From positions 3,736 through 67,735 of the forward strand of contig JBMDXS010000120.1 in NCBI GenBank assembly GCA_048595045.1: a stretch of 64,000 bases of DNA, written 5' to 3'. This DNA comes from Acidimicrobiia bacterium. Its GTDB lineage: Bacteria; Actinomycetota; Acidimicrobiia; Spongiisociales; ZC4RG35. The position numbers and the translations under genes are program-made. Position 1 is the stretch's first letter. Every line of letters begins with the position of its first letter. Below the pieces are notes generated by a model, which saw only the letters and a program-made list of their open reading frames with translations, did no database searches and was not told where the DNA came from. Below are positions 1 to 9,195 of the stretch, piece by piece.

Positions 1-1
1 G

Positions 2-991
2 GGAATCGGCCTGACCGAGGACCGGGCCGTGGATTTCGTCCACGACCTCATCGAGGGCGAGGTCGACCCGGCTCTCGCCGGGGCGATACTGACCGCGCTG
101 CGGGCCAAGGGGGAGACGCCTGACGAGGTGCGTGGCTTCGCCAGGGCCATGCGGGGTCTCGCCACAGATCCCTTGGTCGATGTCTCCGGTGCCGTGGATG
201 TCGTAGGCACCGGAGGTGACCGGTCGGGCAGCCTCAACCTCTCGACGGGCTCGGCCCTGGTCACGGCGTCGGCCGGCGTGCCTGTGGTCAAGCACGGCAA
301 TCGCTCGATGACCAGTCGGAGCGGGAGCGCCGACGTGCTCGAGGCCCTGGGCCTGCCTATGCCCATGAACGAAGACCAGGTGCGTCGTCTGTTCCAGGCC
401 ACCGGGTTCACCTTCTTGTTCGCCCCGTATTTCCACCCGGCCATGGCAGCCATCATGCCGGTTCGCCGCGCCCTCGCCGTGCGCACCGTTTTCAACATCC
501 TCGGCCCGCTGACGAATCCTGCGGCTACACCCAACTTGGTGATCGGCGCGTTCGACCACGCCGCCGCCGGGCTGATGGCCGGGGCTCTCTCCGGTCTGGA
601 CATCGACCGGGCCTTCGTGCTGCACGGGGCGGAAGGATGGGACGAGCCATCACCACTGGGTGAGTTCCTCCTCTTCGATGTGCGACCGGGCGCCGTAGTC
701 GAAACCACACGCGATCCGGCCGACCTGGGCATGCCGCCCTGTCGTCCCGACGATCTGGCCGGGGGCACTCCCGAACAGAACGCGAGACATCTCCTCGATG
801 TGCTGGAGGGGGCGCGCGGGGCGCATCGTGATTCCATCGTGCTCGGCGCCGCCCTGGCCCTCGAGGTCACCGGGAACGCATCCGCTCCCGCCGAGGCGGT
901 GGAGATGGCAGCCGCGGCGATCGATGAGGGGAAGACCCTGTCGCTGGCCAAGGCCCTGGATGCCTTCGGCCGCGACGAGGCCACCGGATGA
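2..991 (+). CDS. trpD: anthranilate phosphoribosyltransferase (5' end lies upstream of the window)
   Basis: Track ORF 29..991. The frame stays open back to base 2 (GLTEDRAVDF...). Motifs VGTGGDRSGSLNLST and KHGNRS. First gene of a trpDCFBA run, with an ATGA overlap into the next gene. Confidence 0.9.
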   Translation, partial: GIGLTEDRAVDFVHDLIEGEVDPALAGAILTALRAKGETPDEVRGFARAMRGLATDPLVDVSGAVDVVGTGGDRSGSLNLSTGSALVTASAGVPVVKHGNRSMTSRSGSADVLEALGLPMPMNEDQVRRLFQATGFTFLFAPYFHPAMAAIMPVRRALAVRTVFNILGPLTNPAATPNLVIGAFDHAAAGLMAGALSGLDIDRAFVLHGAEGWDEPSPLGEFLLFDVRPGAVVETTRDPADLGMPPCRPDDLAGGTPEQNARHLLDVLEGARGAHRDSIVLGAALALEVTGNASAPAEAVEMAAAAIDEGKTLSLAKALDAFGRDEATG

Positions 992-1797
992 GCAGATTCC
1001 TGACGACGATGGTGGAGCGGTCCCGGTTACGCGCCGATCGGCTGGCGAGGCGCAGGTCGCTGCAAGAGGTGCGGGAAGACGCCCGCTCGGCGCTCCCACC
1101 TCGCCCGCTCGGCGCATTCGGGACCGTCTTCGACGTCATCGCCGAGATCAAGCCGCGCTCACCGGCCGAGGGCGCTTTCGCCGAGCGATCGAGCATCGAT
1201 CGAGCGAGGTCGTACGAGGCTGGGGGGGCGGGGATGATCTCGGTCCTGGCGGAGCCGTCCGAATTCGGTGGGTCGATCGAGATGGTGCGAACCGTTTCCG
1301 AGGTGGTCACCACCCCGGTGTTGGCCAAGGACTTCCTGGTCGACCCGATCCAGGTGTACCAAGCACGAGCTGCCGGCGCGGACGGCGTCCTCGTCATCGC
1401 CCGGATCCTCGACGACCGCGACTTGACCTCACTTCTGGATGCCGCCTCCGACTGCGGTTGCTTCGTCATCCTCGAGGCCTTCGACCGGGCCGATCTCGCC
1501 CGAGTGGCCAAGGTCGCATCGGCGCGGCCCAACACGCTGGTAGGTGTCAACTGTCGTGATCTCGACACACTCCAGGTCGTCCCGACGCGTCACGTTGACC
1601 TGGCCGAGGGCCTGCCCGATGGCCCGGTTGCTGTGGCCGAGAGTGCCATCGGCGCCCCCGCCGACGTCGAGCGGGTTGCTGCCCTCGGCTACCGGGCCGC
1701 TTTGGTCGGATCGGCGCTGATGCGAGCCGAGCGCCCCGACGACCTGGTGAGTGAGCTGATCGAGGCGGGCCGCAGGGTGGCCACGATGGCATCGTGA
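988..1797 (+). CDS. trpC: indole-3-glycerol-phosphate synthase
   Basis: 269-aa ORF with IAEIKPRSPAEG, ISVLAEPSEFGGS and VGVNCRDL. 4-nt overlaps with both neighbours. Confidence 0.9.
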   Translation: MSRFLTTMVERSRLRADRLARRRSLQEVREDARSALPPRPLGAFGTVFDVIAEIKPRSPAEGAFAERSSIDRARSYEAGGAGMISVLAEPSEFGGSIEMVRTVSEVVTTPVLAKDFLVDPIQVYQARAAGADGVLVIARILDDRDLTSLLDAASDCGCFVILEAFDRADLARVAKVASARPNTLVGVNCRDLDTLQVVPTRHVDLAEGLPDGPVAVAESAIGAPADVERVAALGYRAALVGSALMRAERPDDLVSELIEAGRRVATMAS

Positions 1798-2420
1798 CCC
1801 TCTTCGTCAAGCTGTGCGGGATCGCCGACGAGCACCACCTGGAGATTGCGGTGGAGGCGGGCGCCGATGCGATCGGATTCGTCCTCACCCCTTCGCCGCG
1901 TCAGGTCTCGCTGAAGCGAGCCGCACGACTGCGGGCGCTGCTGCCCGATTCGGTCCTGGGGGTGGCAGTCTTCCACGATCCGTCACCGGCCCTCTTACGC
2001 CGGGCCTTCGAGGTGGTCGGGCCCGATCTGCTCCAATCGGAGCGCTCCACCCTGGTGGGGATGCCTGCTGACCGGGTGCTGCCGGTGGTCGTCGACGGAG
2101 CCGGGCTCGAGTCAGACCTGGCCGGCGCCGCGAGCCACACGACGCGGGAGATGGTCCTGGTGGACAGCGCGGCAAGGGGCGGGACCGGCCGCCCTGCCCG
2201 ATGGGAGAGGCTCGCCACCCTGGATTTCCCCGGCCTGCTGATCCTGGCGGGTGGGCTGGACCCGGAGAACGTCGCCGATGCGGTCGGGCTGGTGCGGCCC
2301 TTCGGGGTCGATGTCAGCTCGGGGGTCGAGTCGTCGCCGGGCGTCAAGGACCCAGAGAAGATGCGTGCTTTTGTCGTTGCGGCGCGCGAGGCAGGGAGGA
2401 AACATGACCATCACCGCTGA
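1794..2420 (+). CDS. trpF: phosphoribosylanthranilate isomerase
   Basis: 208-aa ORF with VKLCGI, GADAIGFVL, LAGGLDPENV and GVDVSSGVESSPGVKD. Confidence 0.85.
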   Translation: MTLFVKLCGIADEHHLEIAVEAGADAIGFVLTPSPRQVSLKRAARLRALLPDSVLGVAVFHDPSPALLRRAFEVVGPDLLQSERSTLVGMPADRVLPVVVDGAGLESDLAGAASHTTREMVLVDSAARGGTGRPARWERLATLDFPGLLILAGGLDPENVADAVGLVRPFGVDVSSGVESSPGVKDPEKMRAFVVAAREAGRKHDHHR

Positions 2421-3576
2421 GACCGGCCGATACGGGCGATTCGGCGGCCGTTACGTGCCCGAAGTGCTCGTTCCGGCCCTGACCAGGCTCGAGGACACGG
2501 CGAGTCATCTCCTCGGAGACCAGGGGTTCCTCACCACCTATGAGGCCGAGCTGGCGACCTGGGTGGGCCGGCCGACCGCGCTGACACGGGCCGCCCGACT
2601 CGGAGAGGCCTGGGGGGGTGACCTCTGGCTCAAGAGGGAGGACCTGGCCCACACCGGTGCCCACAAGATCAACAACGCGGTCGGGCAGGCGTTGCTGGCC
2701 AGGGAGCTGGGTGCGCAGCGGGTCATCGCCGAGACCGGCGCCGGTCAGCATGGGGTCGCCACCGCCGCCGCCTGCGCTCGTCTCGGTCTCGACTGCACCG
2801 TCTACATGGGCTCGGTCGACATCGAGCGGCAGGCGCCGAACGTAGAGCGAATGCACATCCTCGGGGCCAAGCTGGCACCGGTGACCAGCGGGGATGCCAC
2901 GTTGCGCGCAGCCATCAACGAAGCGCTGCGCGATTGGGTCACCCACCCTGAGACCACCTACTACCTGCTCGGATCCGCCGTCGGCCCGCATCCATACCCC
3001 TGGTTGGTCAGGGAGTTCCAGTCGGTCATCGGTCGGGAAGCCCGCCAGCAGATGATGGAGCGGGCCGGGCGACTCCCCGACGCCGCCGTCGCCTGTGTCG
3101 GCGGGGGATCCAACGCCATCGGGCTGTTCCATCCCCTGCTCGATGACCCGATCGAGCTGATCGGTGTCGAGGCCGGGGGCACGTCATCGGAGCTCGGACG
3201 CAACGCCGCCACGATTGGCCGAGGCAGCCCGGGGGTCCTCCATGGCAGCTTCTCCTATCTGCTCCAGGACGAGCACGGCCAGATCCAGGAGACTCATTCT
3301 GTCTCCGCCGGCCTCGACTACCCGGGGGTGGGACCGGAGCATGCCTGGCTGGCGGAGTCGGGCCGGGTTACCTACGAGAGCGCCACCGACGACGAGGCCC
3401 TGTCCGCGCTCTATGAGCTGGGCAGGCACGAAGGGATCCTTCCGGCCCTGGAGTCGAGCCATGCCCTGGTCGGAGCCAGGAGATGGCTCGCTGAGCACCC
3501 CGGGTCGTCCGTCCTGGTCGGCCTGTCGGGACGGGGCGACAAGGACATCGACATACTTCGAGGGCTGGCCCCATGA
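2404..3576 (+). CDS. trpB: tryptophan synthase beta chain
   Basis: Track ORF 2251..3576 trimmed to ATG 2404 (MTITAETGRYGRFGGRYVPE). Motifs LKREDLAHTGAHKINN, ETGAGQHG and GGGSNAIG. 17-nt overlap with trpF. Confidence 0.95.
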   Translation: MTITAETGRYGRFGGRYVPEVLVPALTRLEDTASHLLGDQGFLTTYEAELATWVGRPTALTRAARLGEAWGGDLWLKREDLAHTGAHKINNAVGQALLARELGAQRVIAETGAGQHGVATAAACARLGLDCTVYMGSVDIERQAPNVERMHILGAKLAPVTSGDATLRAAINEALRDWVTHPETTYYLLGSAVGPHPYPWLVREFQSVIGREARQQMMERAGRLPDAAVACVGGGSNAIGLFHPLLDDPIELIGVEAGGTSSELGRNAATIGRGSPGVLHGSFSYLLQDEHGQIQETHSVSAGLDYPGVGPEHAWLAESGRVTYESATDDEALSALYELGRHEGILPALESSHALVGARRWLAEHPGSSVLVGLSGRGDKDIDILRGLAP

Positions 3577-4337
3577 GCTCGCGTCTGGCTGGTGCCGCTG
3601 CCCTGGAATCGAGGCTCAGGGGTCCGGGCACATCCATCGTTCCCTACTTGACCGGTGGTTATCCCACCATGGCGGTCTTCGGCGAGGCCCTGGCTGCGTT
3701 GTCGGGCTCGGTGGCCATCGAAATCGGGATCCCCTTCTCCGATCCGATGGCCGACGGGGCGACGATCCAGGAATCGAGCCGGGTGGCTCTGGAGGCGGGC
3801 GCATCGCTGGACTCCATCTTGACGACGATCCAGTCCCTGGGCGGGGTCGGCTCCGAACTCATCGTCATGAGCTATCTGAACCCTCTCATGTCGTTCGGCT
3901 ACGAGGAGCTCCTCCCACGACTGGCCGCATCCGGAGTGGCCGCCCTGGTGGTCCCGGATCTCCCCCTGGAAGAGTCCGGGGAGCTGGGCGCTCACTCCCG
4001 CGAGCACGGGATCGGCTTGGTGCAGCTGGTGAGCCCGGTCACGAGCCAGGAGAGACTGGAAATGCTGGGCAAGGCAGCCGAGGGGTTCACCTATGCCGTG
4101 ACGATGACCGGGACCACGGGAGGGACCATCGGTGGGGGCGAGGAGGTTACCGGGTATCTGGACCGTGTCCGGGCGTCATCGCGTCCCCCGGTGCTGGCCG
4201 GTTTCGGGGTCCGCACCGCCGAGCAGGTGAGGGCCCTTGCCCCACACTGTGACGGGGTGATCGTGGGGAGCGCCCTGGTGGAGGTCATCGCGGCCGGGCA
4301 GGACCCTGTGGCGTTCGTGGCAGGATTGAACCCATGA
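3573..4337 (+). CDS. trpA: tryptophan synthase alpha chain
   Basis: 254-aa ORF with [21 protein letters not shown] and AGFGV. ATGA overlap with trpB. Confidence 0.9.
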   Translation: MSSRLAGAAALESRLRGPGTSIVPYLTGGYPTMAVFGEALAALSGSVAIEIGIPFSDPMADGATIQESSRVALEAGASLDSILTTIQSLGGVGSELIVMSYLNPLMSFGYEELLPRLAASGVAALVVPDLPLEESGELGAHSREHGIGLVQLVSPVTSQERLEMLGKAAEGFTYAVTMTGTTGGTIGGGEEVTGYLDRVRASSRPPVLAGFGVRTAEQVRALAPHCDGVIVGSALVEVIAAGQDPVAFVAGLNP

Positions 4338-5377
4338 TCGCCACCCTCTCTTCCGCCTGCACCCTGGGAGAGAAGGCCGCCATCCTTCGCTTCATCGAAG
4401 GCCACGGCCTGAGGGTCCATGTCGGAGAGGCCGGCGCCACGACCATCGTCAGCATCATTGGCGACCCGGAGCCGGGCCTCGCCGAGGCGATCGAGGGTCT
4501 GCCCGGGGTCGCCTCACTGAGCCTCGACGCGCCGAGGTATCCCTTCGTGGCTCGTGAGGCGCGAACCGAGCCGAGCACCGTCAAGGTCGGTGACGTTGTC
4601 ATCGGGGGCAGGGGAGTGGTGGTCATCGCCGGGCCCTGCTCGGTGGAGTCGGAGGACCAGCTGCTGACCATCGCCAGGTCTGTGGCCAAGGAGGGGGCGG
4701 CGCTCTTGCGGGGCGGTGCCTTCAAGCCGCGCACTTCGCCCTACAGCTTCCAGGGGCTGGGCGAGGAAGGCCTGGAGATGCTGGCCCGCGCCCGGGAGGA
4801 GACCGGGCTCGGCGTCGTCTCCGAGGTGGTGGCGCCGGAAGACATCCCCCTGATGAATGGCTTCGTGGACATGCTCCAGGTGGGAAGCAGGAACATGCAG
4901 AACTTCCGACTGCTCTCCGCAGTGGGGGAACAGCCCACGCCGGTGCTGCTCAAGCGGGGCCTCATGTCGACGATCGAGGAGACGCTGCTGGCCGCCGAGT
5001 ACATCGTCGGGGCCGGGAATCCCAGGGTGGTGCTCTGTGAGCGGGGAATCCGCTCCTTCGAGACCGCGACCCGGGGCACCCTCGACATCAGCGCCGTGCC
5101 CGTGCTGAAAGAGCGCACCCATTTGCCGGTCGTGGTCGACCCGAGCCATGCCGCCGGGAAGCGCTCACTGGTGCCCAGTCTGTCGGCCGCTGGTGTGGCG
5201 GCGGGAGCCGACGGATTGCTCATCGAGGTGCATGATCGACCCGACGAGGCGTTGAGTGATGGCCCGCAGAGCCTCACGCTGGAGGGATTCGCCGACACGA
5301 TGGAGATGGTGGGCCGGATCGCGGCCGCAATCGATCGCCCCATCGATCACGCGGCGATGGGTGGAAGACTTCCCTAA
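4334..5377 (+). CDS. 3-deoxy-7-phosphoheptulonate (DAHP) synthase, type I-beta, with an N-terminal regulatory extension
   Basis: 347-aa ORF with [28 protein letters not shown] and VDPSHAAG. About 75 aa precede the barrel. ATGA overlap with trpA. Confidence 0.85.
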   Translation: MIATLSSACTLGEKAAILRFIEGHGLRVHVGEAGATTIVSIIGDPEPGLAEAIEGLPGVASLSLDAPRYPFVAREARTEPSTVKVGDVVIGGRGVVVIAGPCSVESEDQLLTIARSVAKEGAALLRGGAFKPRTSPYSFQGLGEEGLEMLARAREETGLGVVSEVVAPEDIPLMNGFVDMLQVGSRNMQNFRLLSAVGEQPTPVLLKRGLMSTIEETLLAAEYIVGAGNPRVVLCERGIRSFETATRGTLDISAVPVLKERTHLPVVVDPSHAAGKRSLVPSLSAAGVAAGADGLLIEVHDRPDEALSDGPQSLTLEGFADTMEMVGRIAAAIDRPIDHAAMGGRLP

Positions 5378-6570
5378 GCCGTGACCACTATCTGGAGGTG
5401 GACCGGCTCGCTGATCCCCTTCATGGTGACCGGGCCCAGAGGGAGGAGACGCAGGTCGGTGGGCACCGGGTCGAGGACCCCGTCCGCCGTCAGTACCTGA
5501 TGTGGCTCCGCCAAGGCGGCGATCCGCGCCGCCAGGTTGACGGTGCGTCCAAAGTAGTCGCCGTCGCTGAACACGACCGGCCCGGAGTTGATGCCGACAT
5601 GAGCCTGAGGCAGACCGAGCTCGGGGATCTCGTCCACCAGTTCCAGGGCGCACCGAACCGCTGATTCGGGATCATGGAAATGGAGCAGCGCCCCATCGCC
5701 CATGAACTTGACCGTCTTCCCTCCGGCGCCAGCCACCCGCTCTCGAACGGCCTCGGTCAGCCGTTCCGCCACCTCGGCGGCCGCTTCATCGCCTTGTTCT
5801 TCGGTGAGGGCCGTGAACCCGGTCAGGTCGAGGAACATGATCACTGCGGGATCGCCGAGTCGGGTGCGGCGCATGCCGGCGCGCTCCATTGCCATCTCGA
5901 TGGCTTCCACCGTCATCTCGACGCTGTAGTGCTCCAGATGACGTCTGTATCCGATGGCAACGGCCCGCTCGGCTAGAGGGAGGAGACTCCCTGCGATCTC
6001 GGTGATCATCGGGGTCAGCTGAGGCTGCGTGGTGCCCTCGTCGAGGGCCGGGATCATCACCTGGCTGCGGAACCACCGCATCTGGGACTCGGCGATCCGA
6101 CGGAGGTTCTCACCGAAGTACCTGATCCCGGCCACCGTGCGGTCCTCGTCCCCACCGAGCACTTCGTGGACCGCGGCCACCACCTCCAGGATGGCCCGGT
6201 CATCCGCCCGAACCGGATCTCCGGGGCCGGGCGGCGGCACGGACCAAGCCGTGAGCGCACGTCTGGCCAGGGAGAGGGGGATCCCCAGATCCTCGCTGAC
6301 CTCCTCCAGGCTTCCGTCGATGAGCGGCACTGGATCCGAGAAGAGGGCGTCGCCGGCGGCGAAAGAGAACCAATCCTCGCTGATCAGCCGGGCCAGGTCC
6401 TCGGGGGAGATCCCGGCGCCGGCCAGGGCCTCGGTCACCCGGACCCGTTGCACGTCCGCGGGGCGAAATCGACCGGCTATCGGGACCAAGACACCAAGTT
6501 CCACCAACCGGTCGATCCGCTCTGCGGCCGTGCCCGACCGCTGAGCCAGCTCGGCAGTGGTCAGCGTCAC
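5374..6570 (-). CDS. class III adenylate/guanylate cyclase with an N-terminal MerR-like HTH region
   Basis: 398-aa ORF. The N-terminus [26 protein letters not shown] is HTH-like. The C-terminal cyclase core has [21 protein letters not shown] and VGINSGPVV. Confidence 0.8.
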   Translation of the reverse strand: MTLTTAELAQRSGTAAERIDRLVELGVLVPIAGRFRPADVQRVRVTEALAGAGISPEDLARLISEDWFSFAAGDALFSDPVPLIDGSLEEVSEDLGIPLSLARRALTAWSVPPPGPGDPVRADDRAILEVVAAVHEVLGGDEDRTVAGIRYFGENLRRIAESQMRWFRSQVMIPALDEGTTQPQLTPMITEIAGSLLPLAERAVAIGYRRHLEHYSVEMTVEAIEMAMERAGMRRTRLGDPAVIMFLDLTGFTALTEEQGDEAAAEVAERLTEAVRERVAGAGGKTVKFMGDGALLHFHDPESAVRCALELVDEIPELGLPQAHVGINSGPVVFSDGDYFGRTVNLAARIAALAEPHQVLTADGVLDPVPTDLRLLPLGPVTMKGISEPVHLQIVVTA

Positions 6571-6609
6571 CAGTTGAGTTTGTCACGCAGAACGCTCCGC
6601 GAGGACACC

Positions 6610-7527
6610 TCAGCTCTCCGTGGATGACTCCTTGAACATCTCGCCGATGGCGGCCACGCTGCCCAGCACCCCACTGGTGTCCAGGGGTAGGAAGATCTTG
6701 GTGGCCTGGCCGTTGGCGACCTGCTGCAGAGCCTCCAGATAGCGGATCGCGATCAGATCGGGTGTCGGGTCGCCGTTGTGGATTGCGCTGAACACCCGCT
6801 CGATCGCCTGCCCCTCACCCTCGGCCACCGTGAGCAGCTGGTACTGCTCGGCATCGGCGACCCTCTTGATCGCCTCGGCCTGTCCGGTCGCCTCGAGGAT
6901 CTGGCTCTGCTGGATGCCCTCGGCGCGGAGCACCGCCGCCGCCTTGGCGCCCTCCGCCTCGGTGACCTGGGCTCGCCGGTCACGCTCCGCCTTCATCTGA
7001 CGGTGCATGGCGTCGGTGACATCGGCAGGCGGCTCGATTCGCTGCAGCTCGACCCGGACCACGCGCACACCCCACTTGTCGGTGGCGTCGTCGAGGATCT
7101 GACGCAGCTTGGCGTTGATCACCTCACGGGAGGTCAGGGCCGCATCGAGGTCCAGGTCCCCGACGACATTCCTCAGATTGGTCTGGGCCAGCTTGGTGGC
7201 GGCCAGGATGAAGTTCCCGACGTTGTACTGGAGCTTCACCGGGTCGGTGGCCTCGTAGTAGATGACGGCGTCGACGGTCACCACGACGTTGTCCTTCGTG
7301 ATCACCTCCTGGGGTGGCACGTCCACCACCTGCTCTCTCATGTCGACCTTGGTGAGTCGCTTGACAAAGGGCATGACCCATCTCAGACCGGAGTCCACCG
7401 TCCTCTGGTACCGGCCGAGGAACTCGATCAGACCCTTCTCGAATGGCCGCACCACCCTGAAGCCGGCTGCGGCGACCAGGATCAGCACCAGCGCCAGTAC
7501 GGCGAACAGGATGATCACAGGCTGCAT
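6610..7527 (-). CDS. SPFH / band-7 (stomatin-like) membrane protein
   Basis: 305-aa ORF. N-terminal TM helix, then [32 protein letters not shown] and a coiled Ala/Glu-rich tail. AAGGAGAG RBS upstream of the start. Confidence 0.9.
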   Translation of the reverse strand: MQPVIILFAVLALVLILVAAAGFRVVRPFEKGLIEFLGRYQRTVDSGLRWVMPFVKRLTKVDMREQVVDVPPQEVITKDNVVVTVDAVIYYEATDPVKLQYNVGNFILAATKLAQTNLRNVVGDLDLDAALTSREVINAKLRQILDDATDKWGVRVVRVELQRIEPPADVTDAMHRQMKAERDRRAQVTEAEGAKAAAVLRAEGIQQSQILEATGQAEAIKRVADAEQYQLLTVAEGEGQAIERVFSAIHNGDPTPDLIAIRYLEALQQVANGQATKIFLPLDTSGVLGSVAAIGEMFKESSTES

Positions 7528-7561
7528 GTCTCTCCTTTCGAATAGCTATGACCTGGCTTTT

Positions 7562-8365
7562 TCACGCTTCGCTCTCCAACGGCTCGACGACCAGACGCGC
7601 CCCGCGCACGTCGGTCACGATGATCTTTTGTCCTGTCGGGACCGCCTGCGGGGCGATTGCCCTCCACTCCTCCGACTCGACCTTGACCATCCCGCTGCCG
7701 CTGATCGGGTCGATGGCTACAGTGACGACTCCTTCCAAACCCACCCAGCGGTTGGCGCCGATGCGTGGCTGGTCACCCTCGTCCTGACGGGAGATGAAAC
7801 GTCGCAGGTAGGCGAGCGAGAAGATGGACACCCCAAAGAAGACGAGCCATTGCGCGATCACGGCTGCGTTGGCCCAGGCCAGGATGGCGGCGGCCCCGGC
7901 GCCGATGGCGAAGGGCAGGAGGAAGAACCCGGCTGTGAAGATCTCGCCGATCCCCATGACGACGGCAAAGATCGTCCATAGCCATCGCCAGACCTCGTTA
8001 TCCACGTCGTTACCTCCTTGTCCGGCCACCGCTACCGCGGCGACCACTGCCGCCATCCCGACTCCATAGAAGATCAGGTCGCGTCTGGTCTTGCGTCTCG
8101 CTTCCGCCTGACCGCTCTGCACCTCGGTCCAGCTGGCGGTGGTCTGGCCCCGTACCCGGTAGGCGGCAGCCCAGCTCTCGGCAAAGGTGGCCGGGTCGCT
8201 CCCGACTACATCTCGCGCGGTTCGCCCATCCGCCTTGGCCAAGGAGAGGTGCTGTTCGAGCTCGGCGCGCATCTCGTGGACCGCCGCCCTGGGCACCCCC
8301 GTCTCCAGCCAGTAGCGCTCGATCCTGTCCACGACGTCGACCCGGTCAGCCACGGTCGTCTCCAT
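7562..8365 (-). CDS. membrane protein fusing a DUF1700/HAAS-like N-terminal helical domain, TM helices and a short-form NfeD C-terminal OB-fold
   Basis: 267-aa ORF. The N-terminus VDRIERYWLETGVPRAAVHEMRAELEQHL...DVVGSDPATFAESWAAAY is followed by about 4 hydrophobic helices (WTIFAVVMGIGEIFTAGFFLLPFAIGAGAAAIL...). The tail is GMVKVESEEWRAIAPQAVPTGQKIIVTDVRGARLVVEP. It sits immediately upstream of the SPFH gene. Confidence 0.7.
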   Translation of the reverse strand: METTVADRVDVVDRIERYWLETGVPRAAVHEMRAELEQHLSLAKADGRTARDVVGSDPATFAESWAAAYRVRGQTTASWTEVQSGQAEARRKTRRDLIFYGVGMAAVVAAVAVAGQGGNDVDNEVWRWLWTIFAVVMGIGEIFTAGFFLLPFAIGAGAAAILAWANAAVIAQWLVFFGVSIFSLAYLRRFISRQDEGDQPRIGANRWVGLEGVVTVAIDPISGSGMVKVESEEWRAIAPQAVPTGQKIIVTDVRGARLVVEPLESEA

Positions 8366-8720
8366 TCAGGACCGCGTCCACCGAATCGCGGAACTCCGAC
8401 CAGTCGTGACGCCACTGCTCGAGGGCGACCTGTCCCGGTTTCGACATCCGGTAGTACTTGCGGGCTGGACCTTCGCTGCTCTGCACGAGATAGCTCTCGA
8501 TCATCCCCTGCTTCTGAAGACGAGATAGGAGCGGGTAGATGGAGCCTTCGCTGGCGAGGCTCAGCCCTCGGGCCCGGAGCTTGCTCACCATCTCGTACCC
8601 ATAGGAGGCCTCCTCGTCGATTATCGACATGAGGCACATGTCGAGGACGCCATGGAGAAGCTGGGTGCCCCGATCCTGTCCGGTACTCCTAGGTACCATG
8701 CGCCACAAACTACCAGGCAC
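8346..8720 (-). CDS. PadR-family transcriptional regulator
   Basis: 124-aa ORF with YGYEMVSKL...SEGSIYPLLSRLQKQGMIESY...ARKYYRMSKPG. The start could instead be the Met at 8699. 20-nt overlap with the downstream gene. Confidence 0.85.
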   Translation of the reverse strand: MPGSLWRMVPRSTGQDRGTQLLHGVLDMCLMSIIDEEASYGYEMVSKLRARGLSLASEGSIYPLLSRLQKQGMIESYLVQSSEGPARKYYRMSKPGQVALEQWRHDWSEFRDSVDAVLNGDDRG

Positions 8721-8760
8721 GGCCTAGAAGCGCAAGCCATCCGGAGATGTTGGGCCGGAC

Positions 8761-9120
8761 TCAGGGACGCGGTCGGGCGCCGAGGCTGTCCCGGATCTCC
8801 CTGAGGAGCACGATCTCCTCGCTCGGCTCCTCCACGACCTCGGCCTCGGTCTTCATCCTGTTGTACGCCTTGACCACGAGGAACATCACGAAGGCGACGA
8901 TCAAGAAATTGATGATCGCCACCAGGAACGCCCCGATCCGGATGTCTGACACGACCCAGCCGTTCAGGTCGTCGACGTTGAAGATCTTGGCGATGATCGG
9001 GTTGATGATGTCGTTGGTGAGACTGGTGATGACGGCGGCGAAGGCCAGGCCCATCACGAATGCCACAGCGATTTCGACAAGATTCCCCCGGTTGATGAAG
9101 TCCTTGAACTCCCGGATCAT
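8761..9120 (-). CDS. mscL: large-conductance mechanosensitive channel
   Basis: Track ORF 8761..9975 trimmed to ATG 9120 (MIREFKDFINRGNLVEIAVAFVMGLAFAAVI...), giving 119 aa. The rest of the track ORF is antisense to the next gene. Confidence 0.9.
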   Translation of the reverse strand: MIREFKDFINRGNLVEIAVAFVMGLAFAAVITSLTNDIINPIIAKIFNVDDLNGWVVSDIRIGAFLVAIINFLIVAFVMFLVVKAYNRMKTEAEVVEEPSEEIVLLREIRDSLGARPRP

Positions 9121-9195
9121 CGTGTTCTCCTCTCTGGGCTCGGGGCCCGACCCTAGCCGGGCATTTCCGCCGCCCCTTCCTGCGATCCTGACCAG

